Positions 1 through 16,503 of a stretch of DNA of 64,000 bases are shown here, in pieces; the first letter of the stretch is position 1; each line of letters opens with the position of its first letter. The stretch is from Vezdaea acicularis (lineage: Eukaryota): contig JAPEUI010000003.1 in NCBI GenBank assembly GCA_026025075.1, positions 248,001-312,000 on the forward strand, written 5' to 3'. A model generated the notes under the pieces. It saw only the letters and a list, made by a program, of their open reading frames with translations. It was not told the origin of the DNA and did no database searches. Made by a program: the position numbers and the translations under genes.

Positions 1-786
1 GAGGAAATCCAAGGTGACCTGCCAAAAGACACACCCCTCATCGAAGAAGCTTTCAGGGACGCCGAGCATGAAGGCTACAGTAAGAAGTGGTGTATTACAG
101 ACAACAATGCAGATGCAGTCGAGCATGTTGGGTGGCACACGACAGGCGCCAGTTCAGATGCTTCGAAGCACACAGGGACCTACAAGTTCGTCAGCACCGC
201 CGGATCCTTTTTCCAGAACAACAACTCAATACTTCCTCTCTTCACCCAGTACATACGGGATCACATTTCTTCTGTTCAGTGGAATTGGGAAGCATCTGAC
301 GTAAAATATCTAATTGATGCCTATTCAGGCTCTGGTCTCTTCACGATTACGCTATCGGGTAACTTCAAGTCCAGCACTGGGATAGATATTTCTTCTGCAT
401 CTATTGAATCCGCTCTCAAAAATGCCAAGCTTAACCGCCTAGATCCAGAGCGTGTCAAATTCATCGCCGCAGATGCTATAGCTTTGTTCGAAAGCGTGGA
501 CTATCCTCCGGACCAGACTGCTGTTGTGCTAGATCCACCACGGAAGGGCTGTGATGAGAGCTTCTTAAAACAGCTGTTGAAGTTCGGGCCAAAGCGAATT
601 GTCTACGTCAGTTGCAATGTGCACACACAAGCAAGAGACGTAGGCGTGTTAGTCGGGGGCTCACAGGAAGGCATCGCATATGAGATAAAGAGTTTACAAG
701 GCTTCGACTTCTTTCCCCAAACGGGCCACGTGGAAGGGGTTGCAATATTGGAAAAGAAGGGTCCCAAAGCGGCAGAAGTAACTTGA
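1..786 (+). CDS. TRM2: tRNA (uracil-54 C5)-methyltransferase, 3' part (gene starts before window)
   Basis: Frame 1 is open from base 1: GSFFQNN, LIDAYSGSGLF (SAM motif), VVLDPPRKGC, IVYVSCN, FDFFPQTGHVE (TrmA/RlmD family motifs); stop TGA 784-786. Confidence 0.92.
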   Translation, partial: EEIQGDLPKDTPLIEEAFRDAEHEGYSKKWCITDNNADAVEHVGWHTTGASSDASKHTGTYKFVSTAGSFFQNNNSILPLFTQYIRDHISSVQWNWEASDVKYLIDAYSGSGLFTITLSGNFKSSTGIDISSASIESALKNAKLNRLDPERVKFIAADAIALFESVDYPPDQTAVVLDPPRKGCDESFLKQLLKFGPKRIVYVSCNVHTQARDVGVLVGGSQEGIAYEIKSLQGFDFFPQTGHVEGVAILEKKGPKAAEVT

Positions 787-937
787 ATAGATTCAGTCGT
801 GCCCTTGTATTCAGATCTTACCCCTATAAGCAGCGCTAGCTCACCATGCGTGCTACAAAGGGGTTGCCAGATGTCGAGCTCGCGTAAACCCAGTGGGCCG
901 TTCACATCAAGGCAAAGCAAGATAGTGTTAGGCGCCA

Positions 938-2552
938 TCACGTGCTCCCAGGCCCTCCTAACAAAGCAAACCTCCTCACAATACTTGGCCCAATCTCATC
1001 GTACTCCGCTTTCGTGTGGCAATAGCTCCTGAACTCAGGCGTCCGGCCCAGAAGACTACCACCGAACCATGGTCCATGCCTTTGTCGCTTATGCGTAATA
1101 ACTTGTACTTCTAAACCACCCGATTTAGCACCGCCGCTTTTCAGCTCAGAAGCCCGAATACGAGCATCAACAAGATGTTTGATGTCTCTCTGCAACCGCC
1201 GTCCAAAATCTTTATATAAAGTTGAGCCGCCGGATAGGACAATGTTCTTGTAGAGACCTCTCCTTACATCGATTGGCGATGATTGTATGACACCGTCCAC
1301 AATAGTCGGGAGAGGGGTTAGGAAATCGGAGGAATAAATCTCTGGGTTGAAAAAGATCTCTGGTGCGAGAAAACGCTCATAGCCAACATCGACATTGACG
1401 GTACGCCCATTAGGATATTTTACTTCACATTTGCTGAAACGCTCGGGCTCTCGGTCGAACCGTCGGAATTCGGACACCATGTCAGGGCAAACATAGCAGT
1501 ACTCTTCTTTAATACGCTGAGCAGTTGCCAAACTGCTATCTGGCTCCCCTCTGTCTCGAAGTAATGACTGAACGAACTGGGTGATGTTCCGGCCTGCAAT
1601 TGGAATTGATTTTATTGATGACCCGATAACGTAGCCCTCTGCTACTGGTATGACGTGAGTGACACCATCACCAGAGTCAATGACAGTCCCTGTTAGTGAT
1701 CGGTCTAATACTTTCGAAGATGTCCATGAAGCAGCGAGAGCAAGCACAGCTTGAACCGCTATATAAAGACCTGCGCAATTGAAAGATTCAAACATAATTT
1801 CTGCGGTGTTTTCACGATTTTCGGGTGGATTAAGAGGCTAGAATGTGTCAGTAAGTGTGCAAAAACGTAGGCGGTGTAGCATACTGGCTCTGTCAGAAGA
1901 AAGTAGTGATTTTCTGGCTCGACACGCAGATACTTAAAGATGGAATTTGACCAAAATCGTTCCATTTGGTCCTAACAGAGTCAGCCCAAGGCATCATCAA
2001 TTAATATTGATCCATACCCAGTTTTCAATGTTGCCATGTCGTATAGGATAATTGATACCGTAGCCTACATCCTTTCAGTAAAGTTCAAGAAAAGCGCACA
2101 GATCATAACTAAAGACATCCATTGGTGGATATGCAAGTAAAACATACCAGGCCCTTCTGCTGCAACCATTGCCTCATCTCCGATATAAAAATCCAGATCT
2201 TCCGTGCCCCTCTTTGCCGATAATTGTCCTGATGGGCCGGCTCCCCCTGTCAAGAATGACGGTTTGTTTGCAACAGCGGGTCGCCCAGAACCAGAGCCAC
2301 CGCTTCCACCGGCAGAGCCTTTTGTTGCTATAGCCGTTGGAAAGACGAATGATGGGGAATCGTTGCCAGCAAAGCCTTAAAGTGTCATGAATTTAGCTAA
2401 TGGCCCTTCCCCACAATGTCCGAGACATACCCAATTTGGAGAAGCCAGTCCCGCTAGAATGAAATAGTGGTCAGTTTCTCCTTGAAGACTGGATTATACA
2501 TAGCCAGGCAAACTTACTTGTCCATGACAACGGCTGGTGTTTGAGAGGCCAT
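938..2552 (-). CDS. ARP3: Actin-related protein 3 (Arp2/3 complex), 6 exons
   Basis: [27 protein letters not shown]..., [39 protein letters not shown]-terminal [10 protein letters not shown]; five GT-AG introns reconstructed. Confidence 0.97.
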
Positions 2553-3772
2553 GGCTACCTAATTACCCGGAACCTTAGGTGGCTTTAAGAACTCAATCAG
2601 TGCACCGCCAATATTCCATGGGCATCACGAGAGCAGCATGGATGCGAGAGTTTTGCAAGACTTCCAATGACTTGACATAAGAAATGTACCATGTTGCGCA
2701 ACCTTCCAGAGCTAGCGTCCTGCGCGAGCCCCGCCATAACTGCCGCCGCTTTACCACGAGGCAAATACGATTAATCGAGCCTCCTCGTCATGCCTCCTGC
2801 TAGATATTACAATGAAGAAATCCGGAGGAAGGCACATGAGCTGGATAATCTCTGCCCGTTGTATGTATATGTAATGACGCTAGTTTAGAGCCTGTATGAT
2901 CGGTCTTGCTTGATACCCAAATCAAGAATGTTCCATCAATCTCTGCCTTCCCTATGTTGATAGGACGAACAATGATCATGAGTCTCCAGGGGTTGGGACT
3001 TCATGAGCATAGTCACCTATTTTTTTCTTCTTCAATTGTGTCTTAATCCTATCCTTGACGGCTGCACGCTCTTTCGGCGATACTCAACCTTCGCCCCAAA
3101 GCCAACCCGAATTTGGATTGTGTCCAGGAAAATCTCTAGAGCTGGAGGTCACTCAACACCTTGGCGATTATCCCTTACCAGCTTCACTCCTTTAACGCGA
3201 AACGGGTTACCTAAAACTCCTGTGCACAGTATTCTGTGGTCAATCCTGCTAGAGTTTCGGCTGCAATACGGCTCTTCGGTTCTTTAGAGGATCAAATTAT
3301 CCACCATTACACATGTTTCCTTCAACGACGGCCATAGGTAAAAGTTTCCAAAGCTTCCACGAGCATATTAGAGTCTGATGGGCATCAAATATATCCTCTA
3401 GTCCTATAAACTATCCTCCAAGATCTTCCCAAGTCTCTACTGGCAATCTGGAAACCGCGGTGGCTCGATCATCCAGGCTAGTCAAGAGCTATTGTCCCGC
3501 CCTGCAACACCTCCCCAGAACGCTTCTTACAGGTAATACACGCTGCACCACTCCTCATGTTCAAGTGAGCTGGCAGAATTAGAAGTGAAGCGGATTCCTA
3601 GCTGGCCCCTACGAACGTGAGCTTACAGACCTCATGTTTCTCTAAGTCCCGGACTCCTCTAAAGTCTCAAGTCTTATTAAGAGAATTACTTTCAGATAGA
3701 GCTTCACAAAGTTCTCTCGAAGAACTTTCTCTTCACCAGAAGCAACCCTGCGCAGAGCTGACTCAAGGCAAG

Positions 3773-5693
3773 ATGCTGAAGAATTCTCCGAAGCGACGAG
3801 GTGGAGATATCTGTGCTATCTTTGTTCACGCTGGAGCAGGATATCACAGTATTCAAAATGAAAAGATTCATCTTGAAGCTTGTCAACAGTATGTTCCAAT
3901 CTTTCACTCACTCAACTCCTCTTACACTGGAAGCTGTTGTGACTGGTTTGCGAATCGGTTCACTGAAAAATATCTAAAACAGGGCGGCTAGAGCAGCAAT
4001 GAGGGTTCTTCGAAATGGAGGTTCTGCCACAGATGCAGTGGAGATTGCGATTATCACTCTAGAAGATCGAGAGATTACTAACGCTGGATATGGGAGCAAC
4101 CTCGCCATGGATGGTGCAGTTGAAGGTGATGCCACTATTGTCGACCACTTTGGACGGAGTGGTGCTGTGGGCGCCGTATCACGTCAGTATTCGAGAAGTC
4201 TATTCAGACATTATTTGTTCATCGCTAACTCTATTCTACGATACAGAGATCCGAAATCCGATATCTCTAGCTCGCATGGTCCTTGACTTTTCACAAACAC
4301 CGCTCTCTCTACGACGGGTTCCACCAAACTTGTTGGTTGCGCAAGGTGCCACTGATTTTGCGGCTGAAATAGGAATCCCTATACTCTCGCCGGAGGCTCT
4401 CGTATCACCAGGCGCTCGCGAGAGGTGGATCAGATGGAGGCATGAATTACAAAACGCAGAAATAGAAGAACAGCGGCGGGTGGAAGTCACAAACGCAGAT
4501 GCGCCTGATCTCAAAATTCACCCTCATCATGATAAAAGCATCTCTCAGCAGCGGCGCGATCACTACACAAATGAGTCGATGACTCAACAACAACCCTTTT
4601 CAGATGAAAGGCACGTCTCTACACAGTCTTCACGAGTGTCATCGCTGGCTCAACCCACCGCCAATACACCACCAATACCTGAGTCGGACGCTGAGACCGG
4701 AGAAGATTACAACCCATCGTCGAGCAAGACTAGTGAGACCCTCAAGGGTCTCCTAGGGGAAAGCATGGGCAGCACGGATCCACTTATAATCTGCCCTCCT
4801 CCAACGATGGACTACGAGCACCAGGGTCTCATGTCAGTTTGCTCCGTGAATGATGGTGAAAATGAAGTAGCTATGAAAGATGCTGGAAATCTTTTTGAAG
4901 GAGCTCCATCAGGAGAGCAGCATATCAGTTCGTCTGACATGTCACCGAAATCTGGATTGGATGGCTCGTCGATGTTTCTCCCACAGCTACCAAGCCCTCC
5001 ACTACTCTCCGGCCTCAGAGTATCCGAGCCTTCACAACCAATTCCTTGTACACAGACTCCTCTATGTCGCGAAGACAGCATCACCGACACGGTTGGAGCT
5101 ATTGCCGTAGACTCAGAGGGCCGCATTGCAGCCGGCTCCTCTTCGGGTGGTATCGGGATGAAGCATCGCGGGCGCATCGGTCCAGCAGCTTTAGTAGGTG
5201 TAGGAACTGCGGTAATTCCACGTCATCCCAAAGATCGAACAAAAACTTGCACAGCGGCGGTAACTAGTGGCACGGGCGAACATATGGCTACTACCTTAGC
5301 TGCGGGAGTGTGTGCTGAGAGAATACACAGTGGCGTCAAACAGGGTTATGCTGGCAAACTGGAACGCTGCATAGAAGAAGTGGCGATGCAAAGCTTCATT
5401 GATGACGACTTCATGGGCCATCCTAGTGTCAGATTTAGCCAGTCTCATGGTGCGATTGGGGTTCTGGCTTTAAAGAAGACTAAAGAGGGTATATTTTTTT
5501 GGTTTGGTCACAATACTGACTCCTTCGTAAGTCGAGTAGGTTTATACCTCATCAGCACCTTCTAATTCATATTCAGGCTGTGGCTTCGATGTCCTCAGAG
5601 GATCACAGCCCATACTTGACAATGTCTCGCAACAAAGGAAATAATGATGTCGCTATCGGCGGAAGATGTGCACGATGGCGAGGGAATAGGTAG
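3773..5693 (+). CDS. Threonine aspartase (taspase-1-like, type-2 asparaginase/Ntn hydrolase), 4 exons
   Basis: IFVHAGAG, LEDREITNAGYGSNL, RNPISLAR, autocleavage site D/TVGAIAVD, SSGGIGMKHRGRIGPAA, TSGTGE; last exon 5577-5693. Confidence 0.9.
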
Positions 5694-6120
5694 AGCTAGG
5701 CTCTGTTGCTAGAGCTATCATACCATCCTTTTTCGGCCTGCTTCTCATTATTTGCAAATTCTTTGCATTAGCGAGGGTTTATGTTGGCTGTTTGACAAAG
5801 TTTCAACCAAGCTGAGGGTCTCTCTCAACATCTGTACCCGCGACAGAATCAGCATGAGCGAGGGAGATGGGAAGTGCAGGCCAGGCAAATAGTGAGGCGC
5901 AGGATTCTTTTAGATAGACATTTGCTCATCAGGATGTGTTCCACAAGCTCATGAAATGTTAGGATGCTCAAACCGATAACTGTCCTCCATTCCGAGTAGT
6001 GGTACAATGCATGAAGCGCCATCCAATGATATCCTTTGCGCCTAAGCCCCTTTAGAAGATCATCAGTCCAGAAAGCTCCACGCTCCCCCGCTAATGCATC
6101 CCAAACGTAAAGCAAACCTA

Positions 6121-7471
6121 TTATGGCTGCGGCGTCGCAAGCCTAGATCCTGTGTTGGAACCTATAGCTTTCTTCTTTTTCTTCTTCTTCTGTTTTGGTA
6201 CAACGGCAGGCTTAGCACCATAGTTGCCGAGAGCCAGGTGCGTTCCGCACGTAAGGCAAATCGCCCCCTCTGGAGGTTCACAAAATACTACATTTTGTCA
6301 GTTTAGTTCGTCCCAAGGGCTGAATAGAGTTTGGTGCTTACTACTCAGGCAGATCGAGCACACAAACCCTACATCCACGACGTTCTTGTGGCAGAAGCAG
6401 GCTGCCCTAAAGTCGACGCTTGATTGCGTTGGACTGATCAGGTGTTGACGAGACGTCTGGTCTGGTAGAAATGCTACCATGAGGTACTGAAGAAGGGCGC
6501 TGGGAGCTTCAGGGGCAAGGTAGATCCCAGACGTTGCGTCAGATGCTTGTTGGAGGAATGTACTAGACGCATGCAATTTCAGTACGTCTATGAGAATCCG
6601 CTTTCTTTGAGCAGCGAAGATGCTGTTCATTATCGGGATATATTGATCGGCGGAATCTGAAGATACGCTTATTACTAGTACTCTTGATTGTAGAGTCCGA
6701 GATGTCTGTTTAGAGGAGGCTCCAGAGTCACTATTCTGAACTGTATCTGATATTCCAGTTTGCTCGGACAATAGCTGAGTAGCCCTAGATATATACGCTA
6801 GCGCCATAGATAATGCACCGGCAAGAAGCGTCGTATGTGAGCTTAAATGAGTAGGTTCTGTTCGCGCTATGAGGTCACGAAGAGAGTCCATTACAATATC
6901 CTCAATCTCACGGAATGGCCTATACTTGTTGGCATCTGGAGGAGGTAGCCTGGGCTCAGGAGTGTCTTTGACAATGTCATCTCGCGAGGCGCTCTTGTCT
7001 GCATCAGTCTTTAGACCCTTAAGCTTCAGCCTCAAGTCTAATTTGGAATCTGAAGGTACTATTACCATATCCGTATCCCCCTTAGACGCCTTGCCATTTG
7101 CTTCTCCGTGTGTCTCATAGCTTCGCGATACAGGCTCTGGGGTTGCCGGGTATAGCCAGCGAGCCTGGCCACTATGGCTGGCAACAAGGGCAATTTGATT
7201 TGTATTGTTGAAGGCTAAATGCGCATTTATGAAAACGAGTATTGTACATATAGCTTTGGAAATTGTCAGGGTCGGGGAGAGAAGTGTCCAGGCATGCGGA
7301 TTGGTGTCCAGCACGATGGTGAGGAGCGCTGGCGGCGGCTCTATGATCGAAGACTTAGCATCACGATACCAGCAGGCTCATGGCTTAAAGCTGAGTCTTT
7401 AAGCCTACCATGGCAGACAGCTTACCGTTGAATTCACGTTCATAATGATCCGAGCCATCAACAGCATTCAT
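6121..7471 (-). CDS. TFB4: TFIIH subunit Tfb4/p34, 3 exons
   Basis: vWA-like LTIVLDTNPHAW, ILVFINAHL, YIPIMNSIFAAQR, VDFRAACFCH..GFVCSICLS|IFCEPP..CLTC zinc finger; basic C-terminal tail. Confidence 0.95.
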
Positions 7472-7781
7472 GGTCGTCGCTGGACAGCTATTCCCATATG
7501 TTAGACTGTATCACGGTCCCCACCTTATACCCACTAAGATGCGAATGGTATGTTGATTCCCTTCTCTACAGCGTAGAGCTCGAGCCCGCCTAAGAAGTTT
7601 TACGCGAGCGCCACAGAGGAATTTAAAGGCTCGCCTTAAACGCGTCTGGCTGTTTGCGGGGTCAAGCGCGCTTAGGTGTTTACATGTTTAAGCGCGATCC
7701 CGCACTATTCGATGAAGGGAGCGTCTTTACGCAGGGCCAGATTCAAGTTTATTTTGGGCCATATCTGAACTGGCCTAGAGT

Positions 7782-10354
7782 ATGGGCTCTTCTGGAACTG
7801 GAGAGAGGGCTGATTCACTTGTCGACGAAGCTTTGCTCCTTGTCAAAACGGACAAAGCAAGGGTAAGTGTGATTGCATTGAAAGCTACGAAGATAAAAGG
7901 TCTAATGCAGTATGCAAGTAGGCAGTCAAGCTGCTGCGCGAAGCTACATCTATTTCCCCTGACAACCTAAAGGCTAAATCTGCCATTTCGAAAGTCCTCG
8001 AAGAGGAGAAAGGTCCATCTCTGACAGAGCTCTGTCGTCAATGTGTAGAGAATGACGATACTACGGCAGCTGAGGCGGCCCTCAAGCTCGTCAATAGCAC
8101 GGGCTTTTTCGGCGGCGCGGACGCGGGCGGCGAATGTGCAAATTTACTTTTAGAGCGACGGTTGACCCCACTGACTTTGCCCTTGAAAGACGCGCTTCTT
8201 TCAAGTATTCTAATGCGAAGTCCATTGGCCCAAACATACACCGGGACCCGTTTTTTAGCTGATTCTTCAGAAGTATTCGATGCAGTCTGGGCGTTTGGCG
8301 ACAGATCAGTTCTTGCACTTACTCACATCTTTACCCCTAGCTCTCCCTGGAAAGATGACAGTGCTGGCAAAGGAACTGGCGAGCGGGCTGTCCTCCAGTT
8401 GTTACTTGCAAAACTCATGGAGCCGGGCCAAAATCATAAGTATCGTTCTTTGATTGCACTGGCACACCTACTAGCTTCTGACTCAGCGACCTTATCTAGC
8501 CTTATCGATCAGGAGTACTTTGATGCCATTGTCTTATGCCTTGATACTCGAGTACCTGAGATGAGTCGAGAGCAAGCAACTTCTGCTTGCGCGTCATATC
8601 TCAGAGCCACTGGGGAGAGAGGCCAGCAGCAGTTTGCCCAATTCGTCATCTCACGGGTTGCGAATGCGACAAACGAAGACTTGATCTATGCCTTCTCTGC
8701 CGCATCTGCAATATTTCCTATAGTCCCATCAATCGCAGCGACTCTTTTCCTAGCCGAGGGTTTTGTGGAATCACTTGTACCGCTAATGTCAAGAAGAAGC
8801 ACAGATGAGGACACTCATATAGCTGCGCTTGAGATGTTGAGCGCAGCATGTATTGACAACGCGTGCCGGGGAGCCGTGACAAAGCATTGTGTTCCTTGGC
8901 TTCGAGAAGCCCTTAAAGGGAGTTCGCAAAAGAAGGCTTTGCTCGCAGGCGTGACTTTGGCAAAGATCAAGGGCGTGAACTGGAGAGCAAACCAAAAACC
9001 GGAGGAAAAGAGCTTATTACAGAGCCTTGTAAAGGAATTTATGGCAGCACTTGAGCCGGAAAATGAAGGTGGAGAGCTAGATATCAAGTATCGGATTGAG
9101 GGACTGGCCTATACTTCTCTCGTTCCTTATATCAAAGATGATATAACCTCCGATAAAAAATTCCTACTCAAGCTCATCAAGGTTATCCGTACTGGATCAA
9201 AGCAGTCATCACGCACTTTTGGAGGTTTAAGTATTCTTGAACACCTAACTGCCTATATACCTCCTCTCTCAGAAGAGCAGAAGAGACTATCTCAGCTAAA
9301 GGCGTACGCTAATGCTTCAAAATCCTTTGAACCTGATGCGCTCGAATTAAACGACGCTGTTGACCGCCGGTGCAGCTATATCTTCTCTGCTGGAACTGTA
9401 TCTCTCTTAGTAGATATATACAAGGACCTCTCCCCTACTTCCAGACGCTTGGCTCTCACCATCATGCTATCGCTAGCCAAAACGCAGAAGTTCCGAGGCG
9501 AAATTGCTCAACAGGGCGGGATCAAGCTAGCCATCGCCACTTATACCCTACTTACCGTGGACCAGCCAGCGTCATCAGAAACCATGAAGGATGTCAGGCT
9601 CGCTGTGCATGTACTAGCCAGAATACTAGTCAGCGTTGACCCGAATCTATACTTTGGTGGTACAAACGCACCTGCCGTATATCCAGCAATCACTATGCTT
9701 ATAACTCTCCTTACCGACAATGAATCCGACTCCGAATATACCGATTATCTCCCAACCTACGAAGCGCTTCTATCTCTGACCAATCTAGCTTCCCTCAGTC
9801 CAGGGATCCGCGATCACATTGCAGCAAAGCTGCTAGGACCAGAGAAGCCAATCCTCGATGACTTTGCTCTCTCTCACATCGTCGCCATATCGCGTTCTGC
9901 TGTAGAGCTTACTTGCAATCTCGCTGCCTCGCCCGCAGCGGAACTAGCTTTCGGCAGTGGCCTTCCTGACGCGGCTCGAAGGCTTACGATCCTCGTTGCT
10001 CAGGTCGATAGTCCAGACATGAAAACAAGAAGTGCGGCTGGAGCGACTTTGTCTCAGCTAGCCCCCTACGGCAATGTGCGCGACGCGATCCTAGATCGCA
10101 AGAGAGCTTTAGCCCTTGTAGTAGAGCTTGCGTGCGAAGAAGCCGCTGCTCTTGCTGAACGGGGCCTAGTCTGCCTAATCAACATTTTGGAACCTGCAGG
10201 CTCGCCCAAGGATCCTTCTGGCGATGTCATGAAGAAGCGGCTGAGAGAGGAAAAGGCGGTCGAACGTCTGACAGAAATGAAAAATCGTGGCGGCGCAGAT
10301 TACGCGGTCTTGATGGAGCTTGTGACAGCCTGTTTAGAATTGCTGTGTCCTTAA
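7782..10354 (+). CDS. SHE4: UCS-domain myosin chaperone (CRO1/She4/UNC-45 family), 2 exons
   Basis: EGLAYTSL, LSEEQKRLSQLKAYANA, RGEIAQQGGIK, YEALLSLTNLAS, RSAVELTCNL; intron 7863-7921 joins ATG 7782 in frame. Confidence 0.88.
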
Positions 10355-10979
10355 GAGGCAGATCCTTGTAGTACGCCGCTCCTGAGCATAGGCGCGACAT
10401 GAGGAAGCTGTGACTAAGAGTTTCCAGTGTCAACAAATGGAACATCCCGGGTTCTTGAGAGTCTTTATATCTACTTGAGTTTAGTCATCAGAATCTGGGC
10501 TTGGGGACGCTTTGGCTCAATTGGTCATGGCAGACAAGGAGTTACGATCACTCGTATTGTGGGGAAGCGGGAAGTATGGGGGACAGATACCTACTAGGAA
10601 CCTCCAAATGAATGCAGGTGCTCAGAAAACTTTCTCAACTCTGAAAGTCCCGCGCGGAGCACTTAGGCGTGGTGTTTGACTCAAAACAATCCCTTTTTTG
10701 ATAATTTGGTAGGGGCAGTTTGGTCATAAAAGATGATTTGGATCTTTTCACGACAGCCTCAAGTCCGAGTTGAGCATACACAACCCCAGATGAGCTGCGA
10801 ATGATGACAGCCTACATGCCAGATTTATGCGCTGATAGGTAGTGGAACGTGAACAAACGATAGCTTAGTCTTCGTGGTTACTAAGTGGTCTTTGAGCTTA
10901 TTCTATTCATATCCTATAGCTACCTAAAGAAGCAGTCCACGAATGCAGGATTTGTGGACGGGCATAACAGAAGAGGGTA

Positions 10980-13579
10980 TCACATTAAACAACCAGTTTT
11001 CCGGCAAGAATGTAGCTCCGAACATGCCACTCTAACACGCCTATTATCCTTGGGACCCACGACAAGGAACGCCTCAACCAGCCACTCGTACCAGACCATA
11101 CGGTCATCCGTCTGTCTCCATACGCTGATCGCTACTTCTGAATGGTCAGGGAAATATAGAGGTGTCTACAAGAGTGGTCAGTGCTATGGTTGGGCTTATG
11201 TTCGAAACCGAGAACAAGACTAACCTTCAGAGGGAAAAACATCGGAAACCAGCTAATCATATCCTTGCTCTTACGTGCCATCGTTATCGGATTGGTACTT
11301 AGCTCAACTAATTCACTTCCCTTGCCACCATCATAGAGCACGGTCTCGAAATATCCAGCAAATCCATTCATAGAGCCACGGTACGTGCATGGAAAGAGTG
11401 TCCGAGAATAGCGCGCGTTATGTTCATTCACCCCCTCCCCTCCTGCAAGCCCTCCGCCAGAGATAGCTCCAGACTCACGTGTAGCACCAAGCAGCAGCAA
11501 GCTCTCCCTAGCTGGGTGAGAGAAAGACCATGTCTGTTTCACCATGGGCTCATCTGGCTTCTGTGGATTTGTAGACAGGTAGTCCAACGCATGTAGCATA
11601 ACAACGTAGGGGGTCTGAGAAGCTTCTGGTTCGGTCGCTGTACGAAGGAGGATGTCTGAATGAAGCTTAGGTGTTGATATTGGGGTAATGTGGGCAGTGT
11701 ATGAAGCTGGTATGGAGATACCATCGGGAGATAAGACGTGGCTGATACCATCAAGGCATTCTGGGCTGAGCTCGTTATCTCCAAATGAGCCAAGCAATTC
11801 GGATATAAGGATATCAACTTTGCCAGACTCGCCTAGACGGTCGTGAAGGGTAGGTCCTTTCCAGGATCGCATATCGGATTTGACAATTGAGACGCGGTTG
11901 TCCCAATCCTCCGCGTTGTGTCGTTGCAGGAGCACGTAGGCGCTAGGATTCTTCTCGACTGCCCACATGTCGATTTCAGTGCCTACGGTATCTGCTGCTC
12001 TCAGGGCACGGGTGATTAGTGGCCCACGACCTGCTCCAGCAACAGCCACAACCACGCGACCATTGGGGCCAGAGACAGGCTTTTCAAGCTCTGTCCAGTC
12101 AACGAGCGCGGCTGCGATCGCCCTCTCGTACCAATCATACTTGATAGGGTCTTTTTCGAAGACTTCGTATGTTACACTTTCCAGATTATCTGTGAGCGGC
12201 TGTAGCGGTGATTGCAGAAAATCCTGATAGCCAGAGCCAAAAAGCTCTATCGTTGTTCTGGGAGGCTGGTTTTGCTCAAGATGGCGCATATAGCTGAGCT
12301 GGGCTGGTGCATCATTGGACTGTTTGCGTCCAGTATGGGGACGTGGTCCAGGTTGCCCTTCGGGCGACACAGAAATCACTGAGTCCCTTGCATCTGCCAC
12401 TATGCTTGGGCTTAGATGACCGTCCAGAGTCGGCTCGTCGAGGACTGGCTCCAAATTTGGTATTGGTCCAACATCAGAAAGTAAGATCCATGGCACGGTG
12501 CGAAGGCGCATATATTTCGTAAGAAGCTGTTGGTGGGTCTTCCCTAGGACGGGGTAACCCTTTTTGTTCCGAAGAAAAGTTGTTGCTGGAAATATCAGAA
12601 GACGGAGCGGCTCTGCATACCATCTACTCTGCACAGGCTCTGGGGGCAAATGACGGGGTATGGATAGGGCTAAAAGCAGTACCTGTCAGTTTTGATCGCT
12701 CTTGGATTGCTCGCAGCCACTATAATCACATAAAAGTACCTCGAAAGAAAAAATGAGCGTGAAAGTATAGATTCTGTTTCAGGGTTATCGTCATGACGGT
12801 CCACTTTCTTACCTATGGAAAGTCTTGGCGAGTATTTACATGTTGTCCTAATAACGTTCCACGCGTCCCACGTTCCAAACATATCCGCTCTTCTTGCCTC
12901 TCCAAGGCTTTGCTTGTCTATTTCTCCTCCAGAAAGCCGAGCAAACGGTGCTAAGGCGCCCATCTGGTCTTCTGCATCGGAGTCAGGGTGATCTGTCATT
13001 GGAAGATGTATTTGAAGAGACGTGTACGTTCCCGAGTTTAGTGCCTCTTGAATTGCTCGTGCGTACTGCGCCAAACCGTCTCCGTGCACTGCTCCATGGT
13101 GCAGCTTCGGCCCGGGTATGATGATATTACCAATGCCACAAAAAGCAGCATAGGCGACCTCAAGCTTAAGGACTTGCCGTGAAAGATTAGAGATCAATTG
13201 GTCTGGAGAGCAAATATCAGTCCACGCGCTAGCAATACCAACAAGTTGGCTAATCATTTCGCCTGGTGTTAGGGGAGTATCCACAGCTTCTAAAGCTGGT
13301 ATGATTGGAGGTAGGCTTTCATCAGATAGTGGAGCATAAAGGTGCTTCGACAATAGTGCTAGGACTCGATTATGGAAATAAGGGGTCGTTATTGGGGTAG
13401 TAAGCATATCGTACTAAGCACTAGTTAGGGGACATTCTAGTCGGAGATCTTAATTTGCTTACTCCACACTCTTGAGCCGAGTTCAAAGTTTGATCTGTGA
13501 CTGGCAAAGCACGCTTTGATTCATGCTGGCCAATATAGAATCTTGGAGCATGTTGATCAATAATTTCGGTATTCTCCAT
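10980..13579 (-). CDS. HSL7: Protein arginine N-methyltransferase 5 (Hsl7/Skb1/PRMT5), 4 exons
   Basis: YQDFLQSPLQPLTDNLESVTYEVFEKDPIKY, VAGAGRGPL, AVEKNP, ISELLGSFGDNELSPECLDG, SWFPMFFPLK; starts MENTEIIDQHAPRFYIGQH, ends HSCRKTGCLM*. Confidence 0.95.
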
Positions 13580-14052
13580 CTTCAATACAGTTTGTACGGT
13601 ACATTAGATCTAGTTCTGCAAAACCTGATAGACTGTAAACCCCAGAATCTTTTTCTTTTCCTCTTAGTATCACCACACCTTGAGGAGGCGTGGTTGCACC
13701 TTGAGTGAAGCTCGCGAGAATATATTAACCTAACGGGGTCCAGTCAACGAAAAGGTCGATATCTGAAAGTGCAGAACTTGGAGTTTTTGTGGACATCGTC
13801 GATTCCCATGAAGAATGGACAGGAGTGACCATTAGATCAACGGGGGTGTGAGCCAGATGCCAAATGTCCTGCATTTGTGCGACCTTGGCTCTCCCTTCGG
13901 AGGGAACAATTTCTGCACTACTCTGCTCTACTGCAACCGTGAAAAGTGCGGCACAAGTGTTCTAGCTTCGAACACCCCTGTAACAAAAAGTTGACGCCCT
14001 TCTCCGGCCGTCTGAGTGTTTTCAATTTTACTCGTGACATACAGTCAAAGCT

Positions 14053-16503
<2,451 letters not shown>

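Noticed and set aside
2870..3700. Long ARP3-taspase spacer, possible relic gene or transposon
   Set aside because: All frames interrupted; no terminal repeats or recognisable domain found by eye
10801..10900. ATGATGA followed by CTGA in the SHE4-HSL7 spacer
   Set aside because: No terminal D box or stem at a suitable distance; no recognisable guide
12670..12812. 143-nt PRMT5 intron with ATGACGA...CTGA resembling a C/D snoRNA
   Set aside because: The D box coincides with the branch site CTGAC and no rRNA or snRNA guide was recognised
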